Source: Heteronotia binoei | Taxonomy: Eukaryota | DNA: 64,000 nucleotides | Direction of reading: 5' to 3' | NCBI RefSeq assembly: GCF_032191835.1 | Contig: NC_083223.1 | Span: 249,612,001 to 249,676,000, forward strand | Shown here: one piece after another, positions 24,018 to 37,100 of the stretch | How positions within the stretch are numbered: position 1 is the first letter of the stretch | How the letters are laid out: each line of letters opens with the position of its first letter | The notes under the pieces: model-generated | Seen by the model: only the letters and a program-made list of their open reading frames with translations | Told to the model about the DNA's origin: nothing | Database searches by the model: none | Program-made: the position numbers and the translations under genes

Positions 24018-26624
24018 ATGGCGTCTTCCCGCTCGCCTTCCGATCGCGGGCTGTACCCCCTGGAGGACACAGAACAGGCTGCTCAGAAGCTGCATAGCCA
24101 ATACCGGCGCATCCTAGCTCCACTTTCCCTCTTCCCCGCTACCCATACTCGGCGGAGGATCCCAGTTTTTAAAACTACTTCCTTCTATTCGCCTTCTGCT
24201 CAGAAGCCCGGTGCGCCCCTCTCCCAGGCGGCCCTCCTGCAGCTGGTAAAAGGGCGCCTGGAGTTAGGGCCGCAGTGGGAGAACGTCTGCACTCAAGGGC
24301 AGAGTGTCTTCCAGGAGGTCATCCTGGATGAAGTGAAGCGCATCTGGAAGGACACCCAGCGTTCGTTGTATGACCCCGCCTTCAGTCTCCAAACGAACCG
24401 GGAGATCTACCAGAATCTAGTGGCCTACATTGGCTTGGTATGCCAGCATCTCTTCCTTCACTACCTGTGCCTCATGGAACACTGCCGAACCCTGGGTGTC
24501 TTCACTGACTGTGCCAACCTCACTCGCTTTGCTGCTCAGCTCTCCCTGGACTGCTCCACCTTCCTCAAAGTGTCTGCTGTCCGGCACCGCCTGGTGATGG
24601 AAATGAAGACTCTGCAAAATCGCCATCCAGAGCAAACTACGAAGAGTCTGTATGGACAGACTGCATCTCACCCTTTGGGTTGCCGCTTGGGATTCACTAT
24701 TAGCTACTTCATCAAGCTCATCAAACCTCATCTGCCAACGCTGAGACAGAAAATAGCAAAAGATATAAGGGAGTTGGAGGACTTACCGCCACTGAATTTA
24801 AGAAAAATAAAGCATTTACTTCCATTGTCAAGACCTACTGTTCCCATGCAACAAATGACATGTGCTGCAGTCACAACACCTTGTCCACCTATCCCTGAAC
24901 CAGTAGCTAAGCCTAAACGAGAACGTGCTCATCGGCCTGTTTCTTTTGTCAAGAGGAGCAAATCCCTGCCCAACATGCGTGTTGGTCAGCTCCTAGCAGA
25001 TGAACTTGGAATCAGTTTATGTATTCGTCGCCTCACTCCTGATCTGCCTACTCATTATGCAGAACCTACAGAAGATGGTGACCTCAAGGTGTCGAAAAAC
25101 CTAGCTGAGGACCTCCGGAGGCTGGTGCAGGGTTCCATCCTGAAAAGCAGCCAACGGAGAGCTAAACTGGATGAGGAGTCAGAGCTTCCTCCCCTCATTA
25201 AAGCCCTGACGTGGCGCAAGTCTAATGAAGTTCACTGCGAGCAGCTCCAAAGGATACTTTGTTCCCTGCAGCAGGAACAAGATAGTGAGAAGCAGCAGAG
25301 AGACACCATAATTTCTGCACCAGCCAGTCATCCTCAAGCTGCCACAATTAATCTCACAGTTCACAATAGGCTGGTGGTGAAGGCAGCGGATTTACAGGTA
25401 TCTGAAAGAACATATATTGAAACTATGGCTACAAACAAAAACACAGCAGTGTACAATCACCTCCTGGGGGAGATAGACATTCCTACCATCAAAGCTTTGG
25501 ATGCAAATCTTTCTGCTGGGGAAGAGGTCAAGAAGATATACATGGAACTGAAGAACACCATCCTAAAAGACCACCAGAAGTTTGATACGGGGTCCTTGAT
25601 AGAGCCTGCTGCAACTGACATAGAACTATCTACCTGCTTTGCTTCCTCAACACTAACTAGGAAAAGAAGCGAGCAGGTCATCAATCAAGAGCTGAGTCAA
25701 ATCCTGCCAGCTGGGCCATTCATCCTTGAGACAGTAGTAGACACACCTGCAACCCCCAATCTACCTATCAAAAAGAACTTATCCAAAAAACGGCGTGCTT
25801 CTTGGCTCAAATGGTGGAAGGCAACCTTCAACACTGATGATTACCTGAAATATATCAGTACAAAGGATTCAGACTATTTACAAGTGGTATTTCATTTGTA
25901 TGACTATGACAAAGAAGAAGAGGAAGAGGAGCAACCCGTATTAGATGAGGCTGAAATTAAAAAACAGGAGGAGGTGAAAAGAGAAGAGAGAAAGAAAACT
26001 ATACAGTTACAGACTGAGAAGGAAGACTACCAGTCTGGGGAATGGAACTTCAATACCATCTTGATGGGGGGGTTAGGAACTTTCATTGGCTATGATCACA
26101 AGCCTGAGGAACTCAAGGCTTTACAAAGGAGGCTGGAAAGACTGTGGACAGTTCTACATTTCACTGAACAAGAGAGGCTGGATATGGCAATTAAATACAG
26201 TTCCAAAATATATTACTTGCTGCTTCCAGACATGCTCAAATCTTGGGAGCTAGCAGCACAGTGTATCCAAGACCGGGAGCTCTTGCTGTCTGAACTGGAA
26301 AGCTTTGAGCTAACTGCTTCAGATCCAAACCGTTTCTTCAACAAGGCTACCAGATCATCTGTATTGCGAATGAAAGAATCCAGAATCAGGAGCCAGCTGT
26401 ACTCTGAGTTGTCCATGTATGACTCTGAGCTCTGTGTCATCTTCAATCACATCAAAAAGACATTCAATGATGTTGTGACCTTCAAGGGACGCCCATACTT
26501 GGAGAAGATGGATTGGGACCTAGTGGAGATGCTGTACTGGCTACAGCAGGAGCGGCGTGCTAACAACCTGAATAAAGTAATCCAGAGAGGCAGGGAGCAG
26601 TGGAAACTCCACCCTCTTACTTAG
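24018..26624 (+). CDS. CCDC87: Coiled-coil domain-containing protein 87 (intronless, 868 aa)
   Basis: Single open 2607-nt ORF head-to-head with CCS, as in mammals. C-terminal LQRRLERLW..L....QERLDMAIKYS...FELTASDPNRFF...TFKGRPYLEKM...EMLYWLQQERR is typical of CCDC87. Confidence 0.9.
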   Translation: MASSRSPSDRGLYPLEDTEQAAQKLHSQYRRILAPLSLFPATHTRRRIPVFKTTSFYSPSAQKPGAPLSQAALLQLVKGRLELGPQWENVCTQGQSVFQEVILDEVKRIWKDTQRSLYDPAFSLQTNREIYQNLVAYIGLVCQHLFLHYLCLMEHCRTLGVFTDCANLTRFAAQLSLDCSTFLKVSAVRHRLVMEMKTLQNRHPEQTTKSLYGQTASHPLGCRLGFTISYFIKLIKPHLPTLRQKIAKDIRELEDLPPLNLRKIKHLLPLSRPTVPMQQMTCAAVTTPCPPIPEPVAKPKRERAHRPVSFVKRSKSLPNMRVGQLLADELGISLCIRRLTPDLPTHYAEPTEDGDLKVSKNLAEDLRRLVQGSILKSSQRRAKLDEESELPPLIKALTWRKSNEVHCEQLQRILCSLQQEQDSEKQQRDTIISAPASHPQAATINLTVHNRLVVKAADLQVSERTYIETMATNKNTAVYNHLLGEIDIPTIKALDANLSAGEEVKKIYMELKNTILKDHQKFDTGSLIEPAATDIELSTCFASSTLTRKRSEQVINQELSQILPAGPFILETVVDTPATPNLPIKKNLSKKRRASWLKWWKATFNTDDYLKYISTKDSDYLQVVFHLYDYDKEEEEEEQPVLDEAEIKKQEEVKREERKKTIQLQTEKEDYQSGEWNFNTILMGGLGTFIGYDHKPEELKALQRRLERLWTVLHFTEQERLDMAIKYSSKIYYLLLPDMLKSWELAAQCIQDRELLLSELESFELTASDPNRFFNKATRSSVLRMKESRIRSQLYSELSMYDSELCVIFNHIKKTFNDVVTFKGRPYLEKMDWDLVEMLYWLQQERRANNLNKVIQRGREQWKLHPLT

Positions 26625-27487
26625 ACTTGCATCATTGCCCAGTTTATTGTCCCTCAGTGACCCACCAAGAGACCATTTCAGGACTTTTCTGCATATATGC
26701 CAAATTCATTCATAGATTTTTTTTACAGGTTTTTCTTCAACAAATGAAAGGCTTTACTAGTAGCACAACCTGGAGACAGACCCAAGCAATGTTAATAAAA
26801 AATATTCTAAATCAAACCCCAGCAGCCAATCCATATTCTTTATTATCCAGGAGAGGGAAATTCAAGGCAGGTTCTAGTAGGACTCAAAGAGCACAAGCTG
26901 TGCAGAAGGCAGAAAATGGATTCAGACAAAACCACAACTAACAAGTGGAACTGTCAATCTGAATGTGTAATGTAAGAGCATAACTAGTCAAGAAAAGTGC
27001 CTTATTTCAATCAATCTGACAGTTTACATGCCACCCTTCACTCTCTTCTAGAGCCCCAGGGCAATAGTCCTTTTTCTGTTTGTACTATCCTGAACAAAGA
27101 ATAACATTTGTTCAAGCCAAACATTACCTGCATATCTAAGTGAACCACTTAATTACTCTCGGTTGGGCAGAGAAATTTTACTTATTCCAGAAATATTTAG
27201 GCAATCATGTTAGTGATTGGCTCAAGCTGGTCAAGGGAACAGTTGTCCTATAAAATGAAAACTAAGGAACTGGGGGTAGGATTATGTGCACAAGCACACT
27301 GGGGTGCCTCAAGAAATCCTTTTCCTGAGATGGCCCATTCCACTGGGGAGGGGGGGGGGAGAGGAATCTCACATGGCTGCTGTAACCTACATGTCTCCCG
27401 AGTGAGTTATTTTATAGCACCAACTTACTTTGCTTGCTTATAAGACTGTTTTCTTTTAATAAACTTGTTGCTTTTAATGGCATGTCA

Positions 27488-27786
27488 TGAAGAGCCCCAT
27501 GGTGCAGAGTGGTAAAGCTGAAGTACTGCAGTTGGAGCCCTCTGCTCAAGACCTGAGTTCGATTCCAGCGGAAGCTGGTTCAGGTAGCTGGCTCGAGGTT
27601 GACTCAGCCTTCCATCCTTCCAAGGTTGATAAGAAGAGTACCCAGCTTGCTGGGGGGAAAGCATAATGACTGCGGAAGACAATGGCAAACCACCCCGTAA
27701 AAAGGTCTGCTGTGAACACTTTGTGAAAGCAGCGTCACCCCAGAGTTGGAAACGACTGGTGCTTGCACAGGGGACCTTTCCTTTTC
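27488..27786 (+). mobile_element. Sauria SINE (tRNA head, BovB-derived tail)
   Basis: 'agagccccatggtgcagagtggtaaagctg..gagttcgattcc..ggttgactcagccttccatccttcc..ggcaaaccacccc..gggacctttccttt'. Confidence 0.85.
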
Positions 27787-30024
27787 CATGCATGTGGAAA
27801 GGTTCAAAACCAAGGAGGGGATTTATCAGAGTAGGAATGGAGGAATCAATCTCAAACAAGGCCACAGCGTATTGATGAAACTCTGTGTCTGCAGCAGTGA
27901 TGCTCTGTATTCTTGGTGGTGGTGGGGGGTAACAGTGAGAGGGCTTCTAGGGTCCTGGCCCTACTGATGGCACCTGGGTTTTTTGGCCACTGTGTGTTGG
28001 ACTCAATGGACCATTGGCCTGATCCAACATGGCTTCTCTTATGTTCGTATGTAACGAGGGCCAGGAGAACCCTGGGTCTTGTCAGAACTTGCGTTGCCTG
28101 GCTCATTCCCAAGGAACTCTAGTAGTTATGTGGGGAAAAAAATTAGTGCGATAGTACAAATGTTGTATTCCTGACACATTCCATTTTTTTTAAAAAAAAC
28201 TAGCAGTTAATGTTTCAAGTAGTGGCAGAATCTTTGAACATTTCTATAGCTGCAGTGGTCCACAGACTATACTAGGACAGCAGAACCTCTACCTCTTTAG
28301 GCTACTGTTGAATTTCCACTGTCGCACAATGGCAATCCATGCTACTACAGGAAAATAGTCCTTATAATATTAAAGACAAGGGAGCTACATGGGAAGACTA
28401 ATGCAGGAATCACTGGTATGGGACCAAACTTGTAAATTGTGGAAGCATGCATTTTTTAAAAAATATGGTTCAAGACCATAGGTCAGCAACTTTGGCAGGC
28501 CAGAGCTCAGGCTGCACCCTCCAGCTACAAGCAACTCCCAGAACTTAAGTGTCACTTGACTCAAACTTTGTTCTGTTGTTTCAGATCAGCATGGCTTCCT
28601 ACCTGGATCTAAAGCAACTCCCACTTATTGCTGTTATTACAGCTCCAGCTCCCTTCATATAAAGTATGATAATAGTATATATAAGTGAGTTGTAATATGC
28701 TGTGTAAACAGTTTGTTTTTTAAATATTGTAATGTTTGTATATTATGTTATGCTATGTGAGCCCCTTCGGCGGGGAAGGCAGGATACAAATTAAATATTA
28801 TTCATATCCTCCATTTGGTTTCTTAGCTTTCAGTGTTAACCAAACTATAGAATCTTAAGTTTCAGGACCAAGACAACAGTAAGTCATCTCACACCGATGG
28901 ATGCCCCAGCCTTGAGTTGAGGTGTAGTATTTAAGATGGCCACAAGCTTATTTCACAGTAAAAATTTTGCAAGCTTCATTCCCTGATCTAGGCTGCTCAT
29001 ACTGCTATAAGAGCTGAATTAAGGAACAGCAGAACAATATGGCTGCTCAAGCAGTGCCAACCAGCATCAGACATGCTTGCTAGAACCATTAATTGCTCCT
29101 AAGCAATTACCTAAGAAAACTACACAATGCAAGTTGCTCATGCATCGTGCATTCTGTCCTCTACAGCCTGAGTAGGGATGCTGGAGTCCAACCTGTACAG
29201 GCAGCTCACCATGTAATCAGCCTTTTCTCCCTCTTGGGGGCTGTTGTTACCCAGTTAAGGTGAGACCTAGAGGTGTACATGGGTTTGTCATGGTAGGACC
29301 CTGGCAACCATTGCTACTCTTGGGCTCCAGAAACCCAGGAAAGTTATGACTGGCAAATAATTCCAGTACTTGGCTTCACTATGAAAAGGGAAGCTGAGCA
29401 GAATTATTCTTTACAGCTGCGATCACCAAGGTTTAAAGAATGGAGTCAAACACAGAAAGGGAATGCCAACAATCTCCCTCACATTCTTTGAAAGCTTAGA
29501 CTAAGCCATTTGTTCAGTGACATACTCCCATTAACCATAAAGGCACTCTGGTGATAATTTATAGGTGTAATCCACCTGCAATTTATGCACATTAAGGCAA
29601 AGGGCTTGAAATGAAAGCAGCATAGGTGGTTTCAATTCAACACTGCATGGATGTTACAATTCAGCATAGTTTCTAGGTAAGAAAACAGCAGCAGGCCTGA
29701 GCCTCCAACCTAATTCCAGCCTCAAGGGACACAAATGAGGCTGAGCAAAAAGAAGCAGCTGAATTTTTTGGTACTTCACCTGATATCCTGTTACAAAAGA
29801 AAACAAATTTCAAGTTGAAATTAAGCCACTCGGCCTTTCAGGTGAAAGGAATGGATATTTAACTGCCAATTCTACCTGAAACCAAGCTTAAAACTAGCAG
29901 TGGAACTTGACATACATGCTTGAGTGTATTTCTCACACATACAAAGGGTGCTGATAAAACACTGAATCAGAGGGTGTGCAACTAGCTTTTAAGTTCTCCT
30001 CTTGGGTATACAAAATGAACACAC

Positions 30025-30617
30025 AGGTTTCTGTTACAAGAGCTTTATTTTACTGCAGAAAAAAAAGAGTGCTTGTCAAATGTCAAAGGACAAAAGTCAC
30101 AGGTTAATATTAATATCAGAGGATTCCACAGGAGGGGCCAAATTCAAGATAATACGAAGCATGACAATGGCTTCCCATAGTAAAAAAAGAGCTGATTATT
30201 TATTCATTTTCAAAAATAAGCCTATTTTGAGAGGAGGGGGAGAGCGATAAAATGAGCTGGGGGAGAGGACAGTGGCTCGAGCCAGGCTCTGGAAAGAAAA
30301 GACACCTCCCATACTCTACCAACACCCCCTTGCCTGAGCTTAGAGGTCAGGTCCAGGCACAAGTCAAGGACCAGCAAAAACAGTCACCTCTCCAGACAGG
30401 AAGGTGCAAGTGACAGCCAAAATAACACCTCCCCCACTCTATGCAACTCCCCAGAAGTAAAAACAAAAAGAAAGTTAATTGTCACTAAGCTTTGAAGAGA
30501 GACAAAATGTCCATTAATGAAATCATGCTAAACACAAATCGTCACATCGTGAAGCCTGGCACTGTTTTGCCGCGGACGTACCACAGGAACCCGACATCCA
30601 GCCCTCAAATAGCCTAC
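30025..30617 (-). other. RBM4B: RBM4 non-coding last exon (3'UTR) with polyA signal
   Basis: Strong acceptor tcttttatttttcag|G at 30618/30617. AATAAA on the minus strand at 30049-30044 is followed by a GT-rich downstream element. It pairs with the donor just after the stop codon (33524). Confidence 0.65.
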
Positions 30618-31134
30618 CTGAAAAATAAAAGACACAATTCATTTCAAGGCTCAGATATATCTCTGTATAGAGAAAGCCCAAGAGCCACTGTATAGGGGAT
30701 GTCAGCATAAAGATTTTCACTTATAAGTATAGGGCATGTCCATCCACATTTGTGAAAGCTGAGATGTGTGGTGTGTTTATACATGGCCGGTGAGAGAAGC
30801 AAATGCTACCTTGCACTATACCTTCATCAATGGGTCTAGAATTCACCACAAACTCTATGGTTTAACCACAGAGTATCACGTGACTCCTAGAGGGCCCACT
30901 AGCACATTGTGAGTCTGTGCAGCATCAAGAAGACTGTCCCTGCACCCTAAACTCTCCCTACTCCTGGTGCTTAACTTGTGTTTCACGAATCGTTTTCTGG
31001 TTTGCTATTCACAGTCCTGGCCTCAGTGATGTCATAACTCTGGCTTCCCCTCTTCCTGTCTTGATTAATGTCAAGTCACAAGCAAGCAACTGAGGTAGAT
31101 CTGGAACAGTTTAAGACCACTTTTCCAAATCACT

Positions 31135-31352
31135 GCTTACAATCTCCTGTATCTTCTCCCCTCACAACAGACACCCTGTAAGGTGGGTGGGGCTGAGAGG
31201 GCTATCACAGCAGTTGCCATTTCAAAGACAACTCTTGCGATAGCTATGGCTAACCCAAGGCCATTCCAGCAGTTGTAAGTGGAGGAGTGGGGAATCAAAC
31301 CCGGTTCTCCCAGATAAGAGTCTGCACACTTAACCACTACACCAAACTGGCT
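31135..31352 (-). mobile_element. MIR/Ther1-like SINE (Squam3-type)
   Basis: Reverse complement of 'gccagtttggtgtagtggttaagtgtgcagactcttatctgggagaaccgggtttgattcccc...'. Confidence 0.85.
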
Positions 31353-33531
31353 AAGAATCTTGTTTCTTAGCTTTATGCCACAAAGACAAAGCAGCAGTTC
31401 AAAGATATTTTTTTACGGTTAAAAACTGGAATATTTTATATTAAACATAGGAAAAATTGTAAGGCCACAACTGGTCCATTTACTTGGAAGTTCTCTGCAA
31501 ATTGTTTCCAAAATTAAATGATTTCTACATATCCTGGAAAGCAAGCAAATGGCTGAAATGTCACGTATTGCAGCTGACAGAGCCAAAGTCTGTGGCAGCC
31601 AGTTCCCATTTGGCCACGCTACTTATGTTCACATTCACAATCAGCCTCTGAAGTGCAACAAAAGGCCAATTACAGACACTGTCTACCTAGACAGGTGGTT
31701 TCCTAGCCCTCTTTTCCAAAAACACCTGTAACTGGAGATGCCAGGGGCTAAACCTGGAATCTTCTACATGCAAACCATGTGCTATGGCCCTTGTTAGCAG
31801 CAGTAGCACTCTCACAGCTCCCCTCCTATCAGACTGTCCAAGGACTGACTCAATCCATTTTGGCAAGCCCCTGAGAAGACTCAGGTAATTTCATTACTTA
31901 CCCGGGACAGTACAAGCTCGAAGGCCAAAAAAGGACAGCACTTTCGCTGCCTTTTCAGTAAGCTGCAGGCAAAAGAATACCTGATGGGACTTCAGAAGAC
32001 AACACAAATCAAGGAGCCTGCAAGGGCCTTTGAACTACATACAATGCTGCCTGCTTGTTACCAGATGAACATCATGTTCACAAACAGACTGACAGGGGCT
32101 GTGGTGGGAAGCTTGACCGCCATGAAAACTCATTGCTTAGCCAAGTCACTTTCTCTTAGGCTCTCAGGGTTGCTGTTTTAAAGAGAAAAGGAGCAAGGGA
32201 GAATGATGCTTTAAATTGACTTTAAGTCCCCAGTGTGGAGAAAAGTGGAGTATAAGTCCACTCGCGGAGAGGGCGGGATATAAATTTAATGTAATAAATA
32301 TCCAAATATGGCAATTAAGTTGCCTGAAGGGTTGGAGTATCCTCACTGCAATAAGTAACCAAAACATTTTGGGGTGGGAGGGAAAAAGGACTGACAAGGC
32401 ACATGAAATTCCTGAAATTATGAACAGTGTTCTGCGCCAATAAAGGTATTTGGATTTGGAACAGTGTGATTATTTTTAACCATCTTACAATACTAAATGT
32501 TGAAGCCACTCACTAGAATTAATGGCAGTGAGCACATATTAAACAAAGCAAAGCACCTCTTTGTAGAGTTTACCAGACATAAAATCCATTCCCACAAGAT
32601 GTGGTCATAGCCACAGACTTGAAAAAGGGTCTGAGACAAATTCTTGGAGGAGGAGGAGTTTCAGCAGTCCATTAGCCAAGACTGCCAACTGGAAATCTAC
32701 ATTAACTGAGGCACAGTATCACTAGGTGTACAGACACCAATTGAGAAGGGCTGCTGCCTTGCTGTCCTGATTATCAGCTTCCCAGGAACAGACAGCTAAT
32801 GTCCAGCTTTATGCTTCCAACTGACAGAGTGGATCTCAACCTCATAAGCAATACTTATGTAATGAAAACTACACCTTAAACAGACTGCTCCCTTTGGAAG
32901 TGCTGGGGACTTCTGTGGATGACCGACCCAACACATGAAGAGCTAGAAGAGTCTGATGCTTCCTCCTATATGCTAAAGGTCTTGCTTTAATTCCACAGTT
33001 ATTATTACTCAAGGATGAAGCCTCTCCCTTGATAATCAGAGTAGGTGCTAGCATCTCAATCCCATACTCAATTGTGCATGCTTAGGTCTGTACGCAGAGA
33101 GGCTGGAACAGGAGAACTGACAGCCTTATAATCAAACAGTAAAGGTTATAGCAACCAAAGGGGAAGTAGGTGCACTTGGGAGAGGAGATGGTTGACAAGA
33201 TTAGCCTAGGAACAGATCTTTAAATGTATCTGGATGGAGCCTAGTTTCCCTTTGGGCAAAATCTTTGGAGTGTCTAATGCCTAGGAACACAGGCTGTTAG
33301 AGCCTTCTTTCTTGCTTGGCTGAGACCAAACCTCTCACCCAGCAGCAAAGCCTACTCAAGATGTCCTAAAACCTATACCTCTGCTGCTGCTCAGCTATGA
33401 CATCCAGTGATCGGAAGATACCAGGTGTTCAAGCACACAAAGTAGTCCACTTTCCCATCTTTCACGAGCCACACTAATACTTCATCCCCCTCTTCCAAGC
33501 TGCATGAGAAAATACGCTCTCACCTCCAGAA

Positions 33532-34193
33532 TCAAAACGCAGTGTACCGCAACCTTTCCGCGTACGCATCCCGCCCGAACCGCTGGACATCGTAGAGAGA
33601 GGATCGCGGGACGGGAGACAGCTGAACACGCTCGTATCCATACACGTCTCCAACGGTGGAAGCCGTAGCTGCCGAGCGACGCAGGGGACTTCTATCCCGG
33701 GCATAAAAGGAGGAAGACGCAGCTGCAGCAGCGGCAGCTACCGCTGCTGCAGTTCCCGAGGCAGGCAGCAAGGCCCTGTCGTAAGGGTCTAAGGTGGTAG
33801 AAAGGCGATTGGCCATGGCTGCGGCCGCTGTGGCTTGTGCTTGTGAGTACTGGGCGTACTGGGAATACTGGACCATGGTGTGCTCCGCATATGTGTCGTA
33901 TGCAGAAGCCCCGTACGCGGCGGACCTCGCGCGATACCGTTTATAGTAGTCCACCATTCCATAAGGGTCATCGTAATACATGGCCTCCCCATAGCCCGTG
34001 GGGTAGGGGGTGCGCACTGCTCCGTATTGCTCGCTATAAGTTTCGGTCAGCTCAGGCACTTGCCCCGTACGATCTACCGGGCACTCTTTAGACCAGTGAC
34101 CCTCCTTCCCACACCGGTAGCAGCCACTCTTGTCTCCCATCCCGGGCGCAGTCCTGAGCCGGCTGGTGGACAACTGCACGCGCATTCGTTTGC
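33532..34193 (-). CDS. RBM4B: RBM4/RBM4B-like coding exon 2 (CCHC zinc knuckle, Ala-rich C-terminus)
   Basis: Acceptor tttcttcaag|GC. Translation [43 protein letters not shown]...RDRSPLRR...RYTAF*. KASTK, PVDRTG and DYYKRYR residues are closer to human RBM4B than RBM4 (from memory). Confidence 0.93.
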
Positions 34194-37100
34194 CTTGAAG
34201 AAACAGACGCAAGAAGGGCAGCTATAAAGATTGGTTAAAAACAGTTCAAAGCAAAAGCACAGCAGGTCAAGAATTAAAAAAAGAACAAGGGAACAACAAC
34301 TAATCTGCCCACCCACCAACGCTAACCACGTAACAGCAAATCAAGCCACCTCTGGGCCCGGTTGTTCCCAGTAGCAGGAGGGTGGTTTCCCACCTTGTAA
34401 TGGTCATTAAGTTGTTTAGGAAGCAAAGCAGCTAACAGCAGGTGAATCTTCAAATAACTGGGGGCGGGAAAAAGCCAAGTTTCTGCCTGCTTCTGATGGT
34501 GCAAGATTTCATTCGACCCCTGAAGATTTGATGCTAAACATTAAAGCTGAAAGTTTACTATCCTGCCAGAACTAGTTATGGAGGCTGATTTGCTACATGG
34601 GGGTGGTTTTTGGCTCCCAATGTGCTACTCAAAGCACCTACAACATTCCAGAAAATTACAACTGCCAACTGTTGTGTAAAAAAACCCAGGTAATTCAGCC
34701 ATTATGATAGCAGGCAAAATGTTTACAGAGATGAAGACAACATATGTTGAAGGTTCTCAGAATAGCACAAAGTAACTTCTTTCAAACTTGTCCTTCCCAC
34801 AGATCTCTATACTGTAGGCCTATTTCTCTTTCCACACTCTAGTTCTCTCAGACCAAGTTTAACACAGTGACTTAAAAGATGGTTATCTGCTACTGATGTT
34901 GGAACAAATACTTCTTATGCTCAGAGATCTCATAGAATTTGGCTTCCTCGGCTGTTAGGATGCATTCAATCCTTGCTTACTGGCCCAGCTTTATCCTACC
35001 ACAAACAGACAACACATTTCACACTTGAGGGAAACCTTTCAACAGCAACTAAATGGAGAATCCCTGAGGTAGGTCTGTAAAGAAACGCAGACTAATGGGT
35101 GTACAGAAAACTCTAGATGCATTTCCAAAGGTCTACATACTGTGACATCTACAAAAACCACCCAGTCGCTGAGACATCAACTACAATAATATGTACCACA
35201 TATGAATTCTAAACACAAGGGTGCCATAGTTTTTTCCAAGGCTCTGCATCTTTTATCTCATTGCTATGGGCCTTGCACTTCATTCTGTTGTTCACAACAC
35301 AATGTTGTCCTGCTTCACGGGGTGACCCATCAGGGCTGGCCTATCTTCAGTCCCCCTTAACATCCTCGGTCTACAAACTGAGCAGCCAAAAAACTTTTAT
35401 TTCAGCAAGCAGTTTTACATTCAGCTGACGTGTCACATGCTTGAAACCCCTTGCATTTTTAGCCTCAAACAGGTGTCCTTCCGCCTCTCTTTTACTCACC
35501 CTTTGCTGATCCTGTTCAGAAGCATGGTAAGCTCAACAAACCCCACTGTTCTGACCAGATGACAGACAGGAAGGCAACCCTCTTGACACTAGGGTTTCTA
35601 GGCATGGCTCAAAAGCTATCCTTGCTCCTGGGCAGCAACCCCTGGAGAACTCAAAGGGGAAGCAGGCTTTCAGCAGAGTATTTGGTCCCACCTCCCATAT
35701 CCTTCTCCCCACCCACATGCTTTCATCTAGTGGCTTAGGATACACTGAAGATTCTGTAACCTAGAACATAAGCGGCTACCATTCAACTGAGTTCTAGTTC
35801 TCCTCTACCTGGAGCTCCAGGAATTGGTTAATTGGCATATTTAGTTAATGTTTTACACCAGGGCTACTGGGTTATAGGTCCTCTATCCCTGTTACTCAGC
35901 TCTCATACTACTAATTACGTTTACCCTCCACCATACATTAACCCACACAGAAAGACCAGTTGTTGTGCCTTTAAGGAGTAGCCAGAAAAGGTATGTCTGG
36001 AAGTGCTGCTTTTCTAATCCCAACAGGAAAAGCCGTGCCTGCAAAAATTAATTTTATCTATAAAGTGCACCTTTACATCTTATTATCTGGCATACATAGC
36101 TTCCTGGCTGGCAAATGATGGATCAAGCACTCCATAAAATAGCCTGCAGGGACATTTCTTAACTTATGCTTGCCTGAAAGACATGTGTTTTTCTTTGGGA
36201 GAGGGAGACTGTTGGCAGATGAATGCTTAAGGCACCAGTTCTCAGTGGCCCATCTCCAATGTTATCAGGAGCAGGTTTAGATGTATATCCATCTATCTTA
36301 GTGAAGTTCTTTACAAAACTCAACCACACAGTCTGTCAAGTCCTTAAGGGAAGTTTTGCTTCCTTGCTGATACAACTTAACAAAGCTACTCTCTAGGGAT
36401 CTAGCAGTAGCTGTTATTGGTTCGACACTCCTTAGAAAGTCTGACTGTTATGCTGCTGGAAGAGAGAAGCACATTCAGGGCATTAAGTAACAGCAGCCAG
36501 GTATTGGGTATACAGCCCTGTTATCCCTTAATTCAAAAACATGTAAATTCAACTCTCTGTATCGCACAAATGACATCCTTCCTCCCACCCCATCAGTCCT
36601 GCCCAGAACACTTACTGAGATGAGAGTATGTGCTAGGCCTAAGTCTACATGTTCTAAGACATTCATCAACAGAGAAGCAGGAAAAGAGAAGGCTTGAGTT
36701 ATTAGCAGAAGAGATAATGATCCACTTTAGCTTTCAGCTCATCTCAACAATACAAAGTTCCTCCCTTTCCACAGTTCTAACCATCAAGACAAACTGTTGT
36801 GCAGCTTATTAGTAATCATGACTGCCTAGTTTTTGATGCTGAGACTCCTTCAGGAGACTGCCAAAAAATCTGACACAGAGGGTATTCACTTTTCCAACAT
36901 TTGCTCCGGAAATTTTTAATACCATTAAACTACCAATCTACTAAGTTGGCGTTCAATATTCTTAATGCTGTTTGTACTCCTTAGATATCCAGACACAAAA
37001 GAGGGGAAGGAGGGGGGGGGGAAATAAAGTTAAAGATTAGCTCCTTCCTGCCTGTAAGCTGCTTCTGGCTACTGCCAGACGTGCTGTAATGTTCTGAATA

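Noticed and set aside
27488-27570. tRNA gene
   Set aside because: The A/B-box head belongs to a Sauria SINE and continues into SINE body and tail. The same applies to the Squam3-type heads.
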